From assembly GCA_002293685.1 (NCBI GenBank), contig DBDS01000006.1:108867-172866 (forward strand): DNA of 64,000 bases, read 5' to 3'. This DNA comes from Patescibacteria group bacterium UBA926 (GTDB taxonomy: Bacteria; Patescibacteriota; Doudnabacteria; UBA920). Both the position numbers and the translations under genes were made by a program. Below the pieces are notes generated by a model, which was not told where the DNA came from, did not search any database, and saw only the letters and a program-made list of their open reading frames with translations. Below are positions 63,318-64,000 of the stretch, in pieces. Within the stretch, counting starts at the first letter, position 1; every line of letters starts with the position of its first letter.

Positions 63318-64000
63318 ATGAACACTGACACTATAATTCAAAAACTAAAAGACCAGATTGAAGGCTTTGACCCAAAGGCCGAGATTAGTCATGTCGGAAC
63401 TGTAACCGAAATTGGTGACGGTATCGCAAAAATCAATGGACTTTCCGAAGTGCAATCCATGGAAATGCTTGATTTCGGAAATGGCACATCTGGCGTAGCT
63501 CTTAACTTAGAAGAACGAAGCGTAGGTGCAATCATTTTGGGAAACTACGAACACGTTAAGCAAGGAGATACAGTGAAAGCAACTGGACAGATTCTATCTG
63601 TACCAGTTGGTGAAGCTCTAATCGGCCGCGTTGTTAGCGCTCTTGGTGAACCTAAAGATGGTAAAGGCGCAATCACTACCGAACATTTTTATCCTGTCGA
63701 AAAAATTGCTCCAGGTGTAATCACTAGACAATCAGTTCATCAACCTGTACAAACTGGTATTAAGGCAATTGATGCTTTAATTCCAATTGGTCGTGGTCAA
63801 CGTGAACTGATTATTGGTGACCGTCAAACCGGAAAAACAGCTGTAGCGATTGATACAATCATCAACCAAAAAGGTTTGGACATGATTTGTGTTTACGTTG
63901 CTGTTGGTCAGAAGGAAAGTAAAGTTGCAAAAATTGTTGCTGAGCTAGAAGAACGCGGTGCAATGGAATACACAATCGTAGTATCCGCTGGCGCATCCGA
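63318..64000 (+). CDS. atpA: ATP synthase subunit alpha (runs off the window)
   Basis: Hand translation gives [30 protein letters not shown]. Confidence 0.95.
   Translation, partial: MNTDTIIQKLKDQIEGFDPKAEISHVGTVTEIGDGIAKINGLSEVQSMEMLDFGNGTSGVALNLEERSVGAIILGNYEHVKQGDTVKATGQILSVPVGEALIGRVVSALGEPKDGKGAITTEHFYPVEKIAPGVITRQSVHQPVQTGIKAIDALIPIGRGQRELIIGDRQTGKTAVAIDTIINQKGLDMICVYVAVGQKESKVAKIVAELEERGAMEYTIVVSAGAS

Overview
The window is chromosomal DNA from an AT-rich bacterium whose gene set (DUF4012 protein, VirD4-like ATPase with a membrane partner, sigma70-r4/HARE-HTH protein, short AtpH) looks like Patescibacteria/CPR; that taxonomy is my inference. Housekeeping genes lie on both sides: murC, murB, hpf and secA on the left; udg, pepN, secDF, trxA, a dac-like gene, mraY, murD, ftsW, murJ, lepA, an ftsB-like gene, a prsA-like gene and the atp operon on the right. 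They are interrupted by an apparently intact 31,210-bp siphovirus-like prophage (attL core 5239-5250, attR core 36449-36460) whose genes are all on the + strand. The prophage sits inside the 3' SEC-C (zinc-binding) end of secA. It supplies a synonymously recoded replacement C-terminus plus a terminator, while the displaced native secA tail lies just right of attR. The main finding is that sequence just inside attR (36420-36449) is complementary to sequence just inside attL (5305-5340), including the whole 5' arm of that terminator. The two segments share a transcript only after excision, which suggests a recombination-assembled antiterminator that gates the early lytic operon in a phage with no recognisable CI/Cro switch. 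Other signals include a TGTTGGCAA motif in the promoters next to att, an attenuator-like late-gene leader, a structured integrase leader, apparent loss of common restriction sites, a portal-MuF fusion and a papain+M23 lysin. All calls are from reading the sequence; no searches or folding programs were run.
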